From a virus (taxonomy: Duplodnaviria > Caudoviricetes), in IMG/VR virus record IMGVR_UViG_2603880214_000004, positions 8,873-72,872 of that record: 64,000 nucleotides of DNA; one strand, 5' to 3'. Under the pieces are notes generated by a model that was not told the DNA's origin, made no database searches, and worked only from the letters and a program-made list of their open reading frames with translations. This document shows positions 9,270 through 18,530 of this stretch, in pieces; the stretch's first letter is position 1; each line of letters starts with the position of its first letter. The translations under genes were made by a program, and so were the position numbers.

Positions 9270-9447
9270 GGTGATCCTACAAAACAAAATTGAAGCTGAA
9301 ATTCAAATTATGAAGAGTCTAGTTGAACGATACAAGCAAAGTAAAGAGCCTAACGCTGTATCAATGGTTGTAGCTTACGAGTATGGGTTACAAGCACTTA
9401 TGGAAGTGTATGAAGCTAGTAAACAAACGGAAATAGCACCATTTTAA
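9262..9447 (+). CDS. Hypothetical phage protein
   Basis: ORF track; translationally coupled in the early operon. Confidence 0.7.
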   Translation: MNKVILQNKIEAEIQIMKSLVERYKQSKEPNAVSMVVAYEYGLQALMEVYEASKQTEIAPF

Positions 9448-9464
9448 AAGAAGGGGAGATTCAT

Positions 9465-10097
9465 ATGATAACTGAAAATTACTTTTCTAAATTGGCTCAA
9501 ATAGATTGTTCGGGACATGTTGAGAAGAAAGGGCGTTTTAACTACTTATCATGGGCGTGGGCGGTTAAAAAGCTTCGTGAAGTAGATCCAACAGCCACAT
9601 GGGAAGTAAAACGATTTGATGGAGTGCCTTACCTCAAAACAGGTTGTGGTTACTTTGTAGAAGTTGAAGTAACTGTACAAGGAATACCACTAAGTCAGAT
9701 TCACCCGATACTTAACAATCAGAACAAGCCGATTGCAGAGCCTAATAGTTTTGACATTAACACAAGTATCCAACGTTGCTTAGTAAAGGCAATTGCACTT
9801 CACGGATTAGGATTGTACATCTATGCAGGTGAAGATTTACCAGAGATCCAAGAGGAAATGATTACTGCTCAACAAGTTGGTGCAATTAAATTAAACATAA
9901 AAAAATTAGCTACCCTTCGAAAAGTGGATGAAGACACGATTAAAGGATACTTAGGTATTAAAGAGGTTGGCGAATTGACATTAAAACAAGCTGGAGAAGT
10001 ACTTAAGAAATTAACAAAGTGGGTTAAACAGGCTGAAAAAGAAACTTCTGAAACTGAAGAGCAAGAACAAGTAGAAAAAGTAGAACAAACAAACTAA
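9465..10097 (+). CDS. Sak/DUF1071 (Rad52-like) single-strand annealing protein
   Basis: EKKGRFNYLSWAWA and INTSIQRCLVKAIALHGLGLYIYAGEDLP signature. Confidence 0.9.
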   Translation: MITENYFSKLAQIDCSGHVEKKGRFNYLSWAWAVKKLREVDPTATWEVKRFDGVPYLKTGCGYFVEVEVTVQGIPLSQIHPILNNQNKPIAEPNSFDINTSIQRCLVKAIALHGLGLYIYAGEDLPEIQEEMITAQQVGAIKLNIKKLATLRKVDEDTIKGYLGIKEVGELTLKQAGEVLKKLTKWVKQAEKETSETEEQEQVEKVEQTN

Positions 10098-10112
10098 GGA
10101 GATGCTAAACCT

Positions 10113-10289
10113 ATGTTAGACAAAAATCAATCTAAAGTCGTCCTTCCGAAGTGGGTGTGGAAGGGCGCATGGAATGAAAAAGAAGCAAGAGTAAAGGCGA
10201 TTGAGTACATCACCCCCGATCGCTACCCAGGATATAAAATAATCAAAATTCAAGGCGACATAGCGGTATGCGAAAGGGCGAATGCGTGA
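10113..10289 (+). CDS. Small phage protein (58 aa)
   Basis: MLDKNQSKVVLPKWVWKGA...DRYPGYKIIKIQGDIAVCERANA; SD AAGGAG. Confidence 0.65.
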   Translation: MLDKNQSKVVLPKWVWKGAWNEKEARVKAIEYITPDRYPGYKIIKIQGDIAVCERANA

Positions 10290-10510
10290 TGTTTAAGATA
10301 CCTGTAAGGCGTGGATCGATGAAAGAGATGTTAATAGCAGTTCGGGATTTAGAAAAACGAGGTTATGACTATGTAACACCAATTAAACGAATATATAGGG
10401 CAGAAAGAACTTTTTATCATGAAGGTAAGTTCAGGGGGAGAGAAAAGGTTCGGTTTACTGGCATGGAAGACAATGTGAGTTATGAATGTTGGATGAAGAA
10501 GGTGAACTAA
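10289..10510 (+). CDS. Hypothetical phage protein
   Basis: MFKIPVRRGS..., TGATG overlap with the previous stop. Confidence 0.7.
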   Translation: MFKIPVRRGSMKEMLIAVRDLEKRGYDYVTPIKRIYRAERTFYHEGKFRGREKVRFTGMEDNVSYECWMKKVN

Positions 10511-11272
10511 ATGAGCAAATTACTTATACATGAAGAACCATTAATCGTGTTACCAGGATTAGCAAAAATGATTGGATTAAACGAAGCAATATTTTTACAA
10601 CAAGTTCATTATTGGATAAATAAATCAAAGAATTTCAATGACGGTTATTACTGGGTATATAACAGCTACGATGAATGGCTTAAGCAATTCCCTTTTTGGT
10701 CTTCTGCTACATTGCGAAGGATAATAAACAAACTTGAGAAGCAAGGGTTACTTATAAAAGGGAATTACAACAAGTTAAAAATAGATCAAACAAAATGGTA
10801 TCGAATTGATTATGACTTGTTGGAACGGATGAGCAGACCATCTGCTCAAAATGAGCAAATGGGGTGCTCAAAACGAGCAGATGGATTGCTCAATATGAGC
10901 AGGCCATTACCAGAGACTACTACAGAGAATACAACAAAGAAAGTAAGTAGTAGTAATATCTTCGTATTCTATGAAAATAACTTTGGAATTCTAAATCCGT
11001 TTGTAGCTGACAGTATTACGCAATGGGTTAACGATACAAGTGAAGAACTTGTACAAGCTGCTATGGAACGTGCGTTAAAACAACAGAAGAAGTGGAATTA
11101 CGCTGAGGGGATTTTAAAACAGTGGGCTAACAAAAACATTAAGACTTTAAATGATGTGGAAGCTTTAGAAGCTGACTATCAAAGAAATAAAGGAGCAAAA
11201 AACAATGCAGAGAGCAGCGGCAGCAATACCAACCGATATAGCCAAAAAGGTGAATATGACTATGGATTCTGA
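10511..11272 (+). CDS. Phage replication initiator / replisome organiser with DnaD C-terminal domain
   Basis: GLNEAIFLQQVHYW N-terminus; YENNFG...YAEGILKQW DnaD motif. Confidence 0.88.
   Translation: MSKLLIHEEPLIVLPGLAKMIGLNEAIFLQQVHYWINKSKNFNDGYYWVYNSYDEWLKQFPFWSSATLRRIINKLEKQGLLIKGNYNKLKIDQTKWYRIDYDLLERMSRPSAQNEQMGCSKRADGLLNMSRPLPETTTENTTKKVSSSNIFVFYENNFGILNPFVADSITQWVNDTSEELVQAAMERALKQQKKWNYAEGILKQWANKNIKTLNDVEALEADYQRNKGAKNNAESSGSNTNRYSQKGEYDYGF
10829..10905. repeat. Iteron-like palindromes TGCTCAAAATGAGCA at 22-bp period inside the initiator gene (lytic origin candidate)
   Basis: Copies at 10843, 10865, 10887 plus a half site at about 10830. Confidence 0.75.
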
Positions 11273-12014
11273 TGTGTGTGATACACATGGCATGAATAAG
11301 ATGAAGTTTGGTGGACAAGTTGTTTGCCCTCGATGCTTCCTTGAAAACGATAGTAAGAAGCTTCAGCAACAGGAGCAAGCGAAATATGATGCGGATAAAG
11401 CGAACGAGAAGAAATTCATGTTTCACCAACAAAGCATGATAGCCGATAGCAACATTAAGAAAGCTAACTTTGAAAACTACCAACCTACTAGCGAGGAAGG
11501 AGCGAAGAACCTTGGACTCGCAAAGGTCATCGCTATGGATTATCTCAATGGAAAAGTGTTTAACACGATTATGGCCGGGAATTGCGGAGCAGGGAAAACA
11601 CATCTTGCTTACGCTATAGCGGAAGAACTTGCAGGTGCGGGGATATTAGTTGTCTTCGTCACAGTTGGCGAATTGCTACGGAAGATTAAAAGTACGTTCA
11701 ATAAAGATTCCTCCTTAACTGAGGATGCAATAATTCAAAGTTTAGTAAGAGCACAAGTATTAATAGTCGATGATTTAGGAGCAGAGTTAGGCGCATTAGA
11801 TGCCAATACAAAAGCAACAAACTTCATTAATAGGGTGCTATTCGATGTTTTCGATGGCAGGCAAGGCAAATCTACTATCTTCACAACAAACCTCACAGGG
11901 AAGCGTTTAGACGAGGCATACGATGAGCGGATTGTATCGCGGATTCTCAATAATTTCAGAACGATCACTTTCAAAGAAACAAAGGATTACAGAAGAAAGG
12001 CATTGCCATTTTAA
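11205..12014 (+). CDS. DnaC/IstB-like helicase loader ATPase
   Basis: Zn motif C..H...C..C, Walker A GNCGAGKT, Walker B LIVDDLGAE, FTTNL, RIVSR. Confidence 0.9.
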   Translation: MQRAAAAIPTDIAKKVNMTMDSDVCDTHGMNKMKFGGQVVCPRCFLENDSKKLQQQEQAKYDADKANEKKFMFHQQSMIADSNIKKANFENYQPTSEEGAKNLGLAKVIAMDYLNGKVFNTIMAGNCGAGKTHLAYAIAEELAGAGILVVFVTVGELLRKIKSTFNKDSSLTEDAIIQSLVRAQVLIVDDLGAELGALDANTKATNFINRVLFDVFDGRQGKSTIFTTNLTGKRLDEAYDERIVSRILNNFRTITFKETKDYRRKALPF

Positions 12015-12028
12015 AAGGAGGACGGAAT

Positions 12029-12793
12029 ATGCAAATGCTTGATCTATTTTCAGGGATCGGCGGTATTAGTTTAGCGGCGGATTGGGCTGGAATTGAAACA
12101 GTAGCCTTTTGCGAGATTGAACCATTCAATCAGAAAGTATTAAACAAGCATTGGCCTATAGTACCAATCTTTTCAGATATACGAAAACTTACAAAACGAT
12201 CATTAGAAGAACGGGGTGTTGATGTTGGAACAATTAGCATTGTGGCAGGAGGATACCCTTGCCAACCTTTCAGTGTTGCCGGGGACAGAAAGGGCGAGGA
12301 GGATGACCGTCATCTCTGGCCAGAAGTATTCCGTTTATTACAAGAAATCAGGCCAACTTGGTTTATTGGTGAAAATGTTGCTGGACACGTCACATTGGGA
12401 CTCGACAATGTGCTTACTGACTTGGAAAGTATCGGCTACACCTCACAACCGTTTGTTATTCCGGCTTGTGCCATCGGTGCCCCGCATAGAAGGGAAAGAG
12501 TCTTTATTATCTCGTTTCTTTCCAACTCCAACTGCATCAGATACCAGGGGTCTCAACAATTACGAGAAGACATTAGCAAAATTGAAAAATGGGGAAAGAG
12601 CTCATTTGGGACAACTTCCAAACTATTTGATGATATTGACTGGGAAAAGAGGGCGTTCCAATCCAGCTTTTTGGGAAGAGATGATGGGCTTCCCAATCGG
12701 ATGGACAGAATTAGAAGCTTAGGTAATGCAGTTGTACCTCAGCAAATTTATCCTATATTTGCAGCGATAGCAAAGATAGAAAGGGGAGATTGA
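12029..12793 (+). CDS. C5 DNA methyltransferase large (alpha) polypeptide: motifs I-VIII and X, no motif IX
   Basis: DLFSGIGG, GGYPCQPFS, GENV, HRRERVF, LGNAVVP. Confidence 0.9.
   Translation: MQMLDLFSGIGGISLAADWAGIETVAFCEIEPFNQKVLNKHWPIVPIFSDIRKLTKRSLEERGVDVGTISIVAGGYPCQPFSVAGDRKGEEDDRHLWPEVFRLLQEIRPTWFIGENVAGHVTLGLDNVLTDLESIGYTSQPFVIPACAIGAPHRRERVFIISFLSNSNCIRYQGSQQLREDISKIEKWGKSSFGTTSKLFDDIDWEKRAFQSSFLGRDDGLPNRMDRIRSLGNAVVPQQIYPIFAAIAKIERGD
12216..12722 (+). CDS. Nested +1-frame ORF carrying TRD-like and motif IX segment (beta polypeptide candidate)
   Basis: FPTPTASD and NPAFWEEMMGFPIGWT; the true start codon is uncertain. Confidence 0.7.
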   Translation: MLMLEQLALWQEDTLANLSVLPGTERARRMTVISGQKYSVYYKKSGQLGLLVKMLLDTSHWDSTMCLLTWKVSATPHNRLLFRLVPSVPRIEGKESLLSRFFPTPTASDTRGLNNYEKTLAKLKNGERAHLGQLPNYLMILTGKRGRSNPAFWEEMMGFPIGWTELEA

Positions 12794-12794
12794 G

Positions 12795-13058
12795 ATGTGT
12801 GTATGTGAAGGAACAGGAGTAATTAAGAACGTTATAGGGAATGGCTGCTATCAATTTGCACCGTGTATTTGCGAAGCAGGGAATCGCAGTCCTGAAGAAG
12901 TCGATAGAAGACGTCATGCCGTTATGGCGGAGTTAAGAGAAATTCATCAATTACAACTGGAGGGGAAATGGGATGCCACGACTTGGAACGGATTTGGAAA
13001 AGGAGAATTACACAATGGCGTTGCAGCAGGGAAAGTACATGAAGAAATCGCGTCGTAA
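12795..13058 (+). CDS. Hypothetical Zn-ribbon phage protein
   Basis: MCVCEGTG...APCIC; SD GGGGAG. Confidence 0.65.
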   Translation: MCVCEGTGVIKNVIGNGCYQFAPCICEAGNRSPEEVDRRRHAVMAELREIHQLQLEGKWDATTWNGFGKGELHNGVAAGKVHEEIAS

Positions 13059-13260
13059 TTTATATATCGCTTTGGAAGAGTTGGACTTAGTGTTTGATGA
13101 AAGCGAAGTGATTCGATTAAGAGAAATGTGGGATGAGGATAAAGATATTCTTGAAATAGCAAAAGAGCTAGGAAGGCATCAACTAGAAATCGCCGCATTA
13201 ATTATGGATCAGGCAGATAAGAATAAAATCAAATCGCGTCCAATGGGGTTAGGGGCATGA
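12973..13260 (+). CDS. Hypothetical HTH-like phage protein
   Basis: LYIALEELDLVF...IAKELGRHQLEIAALIMDQA. Confidence 0.7.
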   Translation: MPRLGTDLEKENYTMALQQGKYMKKSRRNLYIALEELDLVFDESEVIRLREMWDEDKDILEIAKELGRHQLEIAALIMDQADKNKIKSRPMGLGA

Positions 13261-13520
13261 AACAACTAACACTGGAGGATGTAGTCGGAAGTTTTGATTA
13301 TACCGCAACAAGTACCGTGGACAAATTCTTGAAGCGTAATAGCGTTATGACGTACTCAGTAGAGTTTTACGACAAAGACGAGAAGTGGAAGCTTCGTTGG
13401 TTTGAGGCGAAGTCCGAGAGCGAAGCTATAGGAATGGCTAAAAAGAAATACGGAAAGATACAGATTATCACCACGTATATTTCTGATAGAACCTTAGAAG
13501 AGATAATGAATTTAGATTAG
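13257..13520 (+). CDS. Hypothetical phage protein
   Basis: ATGA overlap with the previous gene. Confidence 0.7.
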   Translation: MKQLTLEDVVGSFDYTATSTVDKFLKRNSVMTYSVEFYDKDEKWKLRWFEAKSESEAIGMAKKKYGKIQIITTYISDRTLEEIMNLD

Positions 13521-14139
13521 GAGACATAGCGTTATGACGTATTTAAAAGGTAGAAACTCATTTGATTAAACGAGGCACCCGTAGGCGTCATAGCGTCAGT
13601 AGAAACGTTGGGATTATTGGAATCAGAAAGAAATATGGGCTTCGGATTTACTGGCTATGGGCACTAAATAAAAAAATGGTCCTTACTATTACGTAAGAAC
13701 CCCATAATCGAAGAAAAAAAGTCGTATGTGAAACCAAGTGGGAATCACAAATATATTTTAACATCTAAATATATAGTTGTCTATACGTCGAATTAAACAA
13801 CATAGTTATTTAAACGAAGGAGCCCTAGATTTAGGGATCTAGGGCTTCTTGTGTTGGTATAACTCACACAATGTTATGAAAAGAAAAGAACTTACTGAAG
13901 ATAACATATGAATGTTTCGTAAATGTATCAAAAAAGTGAACAAAATAGTTATTTTATGATGAATAAATAAAAGAACCCGTTTGTTATAAACGGATTCTTC
14001 CCACAAGATTTGCAAGAAATTCAAGGTAACTAGACCGGAGCACTTATTGAAATTCTTGTGATAATACTGTATGCAAAAGAATCAATAAGGTTAATGAATT
14101 TTAAACAAAATCCTTATTGGAAAGAAAAAGAGATAGGAT

Positions 14140-14280
14140 TCACAACCCCATCTCTTCTAACAGAGATAAGTGCAGTTTTGCTTCTTCGCAATTTGGATTA
14201 ATGCAGTAATGAATAAACGAATGGTCATCGTGTTGTATGAGAGGTTGATCACAAGATACACATGTATATAGTGAGAGCAT
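14140..14280 (-). CDS. Small Cys/His Zn-binding protein (46 aa)
   Basis: MLSLYTCVSCDQPLIQHDDHSFIHYCINPNCEEAKLHLSLLEEMGL; SD AAGGA; stop overlaps the terminator hairpin. Confidence 0.6.
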   Translation of the reverse strand: MLSLYTCVSCDQPLIQHDDHSFIHYCINPNCEEAKLHLSLLEEMGL

Positions 14281-14892
14281 TTTATATACATCCTTACAAA
14301 TTATGGATTAATTTTAACATAGTTTTAGCTGGTTGAGGAGTAAGAAAAAATCGTGATTTAAATAAAAGAAACCCCGATTGTCTGCGGGGTTCCTAAGGGT
14401 AATCGTCAAGTAATGACGTACTCGACTAAATAACCATATCATGAATTTTTTGGTAAAAATACTGGTAAATGTGTCCAAATGAGGAAGGGCATCGTTTTGA
14501 ACAAAAACGCTATTTTGCACAACAAAGCAGCTAGCTAAAGTAGCTAACTGCCTGCTGTAAATACTATTCCAGATGGATACGCAAATTGTAACTGCAAGTT
14601 ACATTTATAGTATAAACAGACTTGAAAATGTTATGCAGGGAAGTAAACTAAATAAAAATTTCATTTTATAAAAATAAAAACCCTAGTTCCCTAGGGTAAT
14701 GGTATAGCAGCCAAATATATTTTATCCTTTTATATCGTAACGTAATATTACGTTGAAAACATCAGGTAAATGAAACCAATTACAGAAAATAAGAGCAGCT
14801 AGCAAAAGCTAACTGCTCGGTTCTCCAAGGGGGAACAAGGAGAAAGTAACTTAATGGGTTGTCTACAGTATTGACGGAATATTGAGTTTTAT

Positions 14893-15081
14893 TCACGAGA
14901 GATTATATTCTGAAATTTGAATTATGATAGTCGATATTCTCCATATTGACCAGAAAAGAACTAAAAGTTCTAGTGAAATTCCAAGGGTTCTTTTCTTAGT
15001 TTTTTGAGATTCTTTTATCAAATAGCCAACAGCACTAATTGCTATAAGAATGAAAAGAATAAGTTCGAGTGTAACTGGCAT
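14893..15081 (-). CDS. Small two-TM membrane protein
   Basis: Two hydrophobic segments; SD AGGAG; TATAAT upstream. Confidence 0.65.
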   Translation of the reverse strand: MPVTLELILFILIAISAVGYLIKESQKTKKRTLGISLELLVLFWSIWRISTIIIQISEYNLS

Positions 15082-15191
15082 TCTATCTACTCCTAAAAAT
15101 AAGTTTGCATATAACGATTATAAGATATTTTAATGATTGGTAGTAAAAAATTCAACAAAATAATCCTTTTAATAGAAAGTGAGGAATAACA

Positions 15192-15821
15192 ATGGGGCAA
15201 GGTAACCGTGGAATGGCATTTGAAATGCTTATCAATCTAGCGAATGAAATGTATCAAAGAGGGGGAGTGGCGCTTATTAACAAGCGTCCGACTCCTGTGA
15301 AGGTGTTAAAGAGCAAAGGTAGCCGTGTACTAAATGGATTCTATGAAGCAAAGAGCACAGTAGACTATGATGGTGTATATAAGGGGCGAGCTGTAGCATT
15401 TGAAGCGAAGTCTACAGAGAAAGATACACGTTTTGATTTAAAGAACATTGCACAGCATCAATTGGATTACCTGGAGAAAGCGGAGAAGATGGGAGCGATA
15501 TGCTTCTTCCTTATAGAATTCAGTAAGGATAAGTCAGTATTCGCAGTGCCACTATCAGTCATTCAATCTTATGTAAGGATGTCTCATCAACCGAAGGGCA
15601 AGAAGTCTATACCAAGAGCAGACTTTGATATTTATGGGTATTTAGTAGAACAGACAGAACGAGCGCCGATTGATTACTTGCAATATGTTGACGAAGTAGT
15701 AGCACCAGTCATGTTTGATGGAATGATTCAATTTGATCAGGACTATCAAAAGGTAGCGAATAATATTGAAGCAGCAAAAGAGAAGATGGCCAACAAGAAA
15801 TGTAAATTATTAAGGGTTTAA
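15192..15821 (+). CDS. recU: RecU-family Holliday junction resolvase
   Basis: NRGMAFE, KRPTP, STVDYDGVYKG, FEAKST, HQLDYL. Confidence 0.93.
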   Translation: MGQGNRGMAFEMLINLANEMYQRGGVALINKRPTPVKVLKSKGSRVLNGFYEAKSTVDYDGVYKGRAVAFEAKSTEKDTRFDLKNIAQHQLDYLEKAEKMGAICFFLIEFSKDKSVFAVPLSVIQSYVRMSHQPKGKKSIPRADFDIYGYLVEQTERAPIDYLQYVDEVVAPVMFDGMIQFDQDYQKVANNIEAAKEKMANKKCKLLRV

Positions 15822-15959
15822 TGGATAACGGAACCTTGCATGGTGGATGGTAGGCACTATTCGCTATGCATGTTTCCCTTATTCAACAAAGAGATAGTAA
15901 AATTTCACGTACCTGATGTGAATGTAAAAAGACAAATTCAGAAATAGGGGGATTCCTTC

Positions 15960-16346
15960 ATGGAGAGACAATTAACATTATTACCGACTATTGATAGAGA
16001 GACAGAAAAACAGGTTCAGAAAGAAGTAGTGAAAATACTAAAGGAATACCGCGCATTAAAAACTCGTTTTGAGAATGAAGTGGAGTTACAACACGAAGGA
16101 ATCAGTTTGTTTCCAGAGATTAGGGACACGAGATATATTAGCAATATCAAGTTCAAGCAGATCGATAAGGCTTTAGAGTACGTTTTGGATTATGACGAGG
16201 CTGAGATCATCAAAAGGAAGTACCTAAATGCAGATAAACCGAAAGACAGCTTTATTTACACTGAATTATCGATGAAGAAAGATCACTTCTATTATAAGAA
16301 GAAAAATGCGATTCGATTGATCGCGACATCTTTAGGGATGATTTAA
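15960..16346 (+). CDS. ArpU-family late transcription/packaging regulator
   Basis: IIKRKYL...IYTELSMKKDHFYYKKKNAIRLIA; typical position after recU. Confidence 0.85.
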   Translation: MERQLTLLPTIDRETEKQVQKEVVKILKEYRALKTRFENEVELQHEGISLFPEIRDTRYISNIKFKQIDKALEYVLDYDEAEIIKRKYLNADKPKDSFIYTELSMKKDHFYYKKKNAIRLIATSLGMI

Positions 16347-16406
16347 TAATACAAAAAAAGCCAAATTAACAGTTTTTAATTAACTATCCATTTGGCTTTT
16401 TTTGTT

Positions 16407-16745
16407 TTATTTTTTAGGCATCCATGTATGTCCGCAATTCATGCAACCATTAACAATATTTTTTCTACCAACAAATCCACTGAATAAAATTATCGGTGGT
16501 CCTAGAAGTACAATAAGAAGACCAACAATTGCAGAAAGTCCAACAACTCCATCCATAGAATTTCGAGGAACTATAACATATAAAAAATTAGAAACTATTC
16601 CAATAGTTATAAGTGTACCTAACAGAAGAAACAGAATAAAAAACGCCCTTTTGAAATTATAACCACGCTTATTACCGACTATTTGATCTGATTTGCATTT
16701 CCTACAAACCACGCGCTTTGTTACTTTTTCTTTTTGTACCGTCAT
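16407..16745 (-). CDS. Membrane protein with split Zn ribbon (moron)
   Basis: CRKC, two TM helices, CMNCGHTW. Confidence 0.75.
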   Translation of the reverse strand: MTVQKEKVTKRVVCRKCKSDQIVGNKRGYNFKRAFFILFLLLGTLITIGIVSNFLYVIVPRNSMDGVVGLSAIVGLLIVLLGPPIILFSGFVGRKNIVNGCMNCGHTWMPKK

Positions 16746-16875
16746 GTCTAACCATCCTTGCTTTTTATAAAATTATAATAGCTTAATTATATGATATTAT
16801 TACCTGAACTGGATACAAATATTATCAAAAAAAGAAAAAATATAATAAATTGGAATGTTTATGTTTTTAAAAACT

Positions 16876-16945
16876 TCGACAAAATACCGACAAAATTGGG
16901 GACTAAATAGGGGGAATTTTGATAATGAAATCAACGATATTCTTA
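16876..16945 (+). promoter_or_regulatory. Late promoter region with direct repeats (ArpU-binding candidate)
   Basis: cgacaaaat-ac-cgacaaaat-tggggactaaat-agggggaattt, roughly 11-12-bp period, followed by TATTCT. Confidence 0.5.
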
Positions 16946-16949
16946 ATGT

Positions 16950-17750
16950 ACAAGCCCTTTGACAAACGCATATCGAAGAGGATTAGTACACCTATAAGTG
17001 AAACGTTCTTATGCGAGAATGTCACGGTAACGTATACCGCATAGTAGGGCGGGCAAGGCGGTACGAACCCGCGTTAAGACGAAAAGACCAATGAATGTAT
17101 TACAATGACATATTCCAGTGTGGCGGGTGTGAGATAATTCGCATTCGTCATGCTGTTTCTATTGTATTTATCAATCAGCTCGGAATGCGTCCTCTGGGTT
17201 GATAATAAATATAAGTCTATTTCTCTCTAATATATTGGTTCTTGAAAATGGAATGGGGGTGGTTGCTCATGATTGAGTGACACTTGCATTCTAAAAAGCT
17301 AAAAAGTATACGTATCTCGTACGTTAGTAATTACTCACGATTCTTATTAATGACCAAAACGAGGGCAAAGAGTTCCACTCTTTGTTTGAGCCAATACAGC
17401 GGAAACATTCCCCTTCCGTCCCCTTAGTGTATTGGTTCAAACAAGGGGTCGGAAGAAACATATACGTCTTGGATATAAATCCTTTATAATTCGATATTGG
17501 TCAGCGGAGGCCTTGCGACAGCTGATGTATTGACCGACTCTACGGAGTATAAACGAGAAGATTCCTAGTCTTCTCCCAGCCACCGAACGTAAAGCGCGTA
17601 GCTAATAAGAGCTAAAAAATTATATGATGCGGTGGCTTGGAGAAGGTTGAGAGTTATCAGCCTTGATCTAAGAGAAACTTTTGCCATTTGTTTTCTCTCT
17701 TTTCTCCCATCCCCTTGAAAGCTGTCACTTCGGCGATGGCTTTTTGTTTT
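16950..17750 (+). ncRNA. Candidate large structured non-coding RNA (about 800 nt)
   Basis: Dense hairpins, G-U-rich stem at 17116-17155, H-type pseudoknot at 17035-17072, UUCG terminator at 17718-17750, no credible ORF. Confidence 0.5.
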
Positions 17751-17819
17751 GTGAAGAGGATTGTATCTAATTATGTCGAATATAAGTATTTGCATAAAAT
17801 GCACAAGGGAGATGGAGAA

Positions 17820-18185
17820 ATGGAAAATTTAGAAACCGCAGAGATTAAAGAGCGTTTAGAATTCCTTGAGTTTAGACAAAAATTACTTTTCGAAAACACA
17901 GATTTATCTAGGTATTTATTTGAAATGGAAGTAACAGAAGAGCAACTTAAACGTATTTATAATTTGATGGATGCTTTGCGTGAAGAGATACGTGAAGAAA
18001 AACTTGTAACACACAGCGCATACGAACAACAGATTTATGAAATAGTTCCTGCGAAACGTGGCAATTATCACTTTGCGGAGAGTATTTCGCAACTTTTACA
18101 TGAGGCAAGACGTTGGCCAGAGGTATTTGAACATGTTTATGGTAGTATGGAAAAATTCAAAAATTATTTAAATAAAGAAGAATAA
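17820..18185 (+). CDS. DUF1878/YhaI-like protein
   Basis: ERLEFLEFRQKLL; ATG 17820 with SD GGGAG; sigma-H-like AGGATT...GAAT upstream. Confidence 0.7.
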   Translation: MENLETAEIKERLEFLEFRQKLLFENTDLSRYLFEMEVTEEQLKRIYNLMDALREEIREEKLVTHSAYEQQIYEIVPAKRGNYHFAESISQLLHEARRWPEVFEHVYGSMEKFKNYLNKEE

Positions 18186-18323
18186 TGTCAACAAAAGCAT
18201 CCATAACGGGTGCTTTTTTCTTTGTTATATAGAAATTACACATTAAACGTATTTAAATGCTGTTTTAGGTATAATGTCAATTGACTCATCCTGGTACAGA
18301 TAACAGATGATTTTCTATTTAGA

Positions 18324-18530
18324 TTAGATGTTAAATGTACCGTGAAACTCTTGGAAATACAATGCTGGAAAAGGATAATGATATTGGTGTATTACGGGAT
18401 AAGGCGGAATTGTAGGAGTAAAGGGTATGTGCCCAGGATGCATACCATACTGACCATATGAAGGATATTGAGGTAAATGTTGCCAAGACGAAGCTGGAGC
18501 TACAACAATCCTCATCGGTAAAGGATTCAT
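18324..18530 (-). CDS. Pro/Tyr/His-rich small protein, probable spore-coat type
   Basis: Composition; SD AGGAG; sigma-K-like CACA-N16-CATACCCTA upstream. Confidence 0.65.
   Translation of the reverse strand: MNPLPMRIVVAPASSWQHLPQYPSYGQYGMHPGHIPFTPTIPPYPVIHQYHYPFPALYFQEFHGTFNI

Larger units (their letters stand above)
13660..15175 (-). other. Array of about 9 small minus-strand transcription units separated by AACAAAAT-N3-5-ATTTT repeats
   Basis: Repeats at about 13796, 13939, 14104, 14342, 14500, 14651, 15154; most are followed by an A-run and hairpin, then a minus-strand promoter-like motif. Confidence 0.55.

Noticed and set aside
13796-15171. Spaced repeats as a CRISPR array
   Set aside because: Repeats are short and degenerate, spacing is 140-500 bp and uneven, and the intervals contain terminators and promoters.
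16950-17750. tRNA genes in the structured region
   Set aside because: No cloverleaf with a T-loop GTTCRA and matching acceptor stem was found by eye; tRNAscan would settle it.
17565-17819. 79-aa minus ORF and N-terminal extension of ORF 17688
   Set aside because: They overlap hairpins and a terminator with no SD; the better start is 17820.
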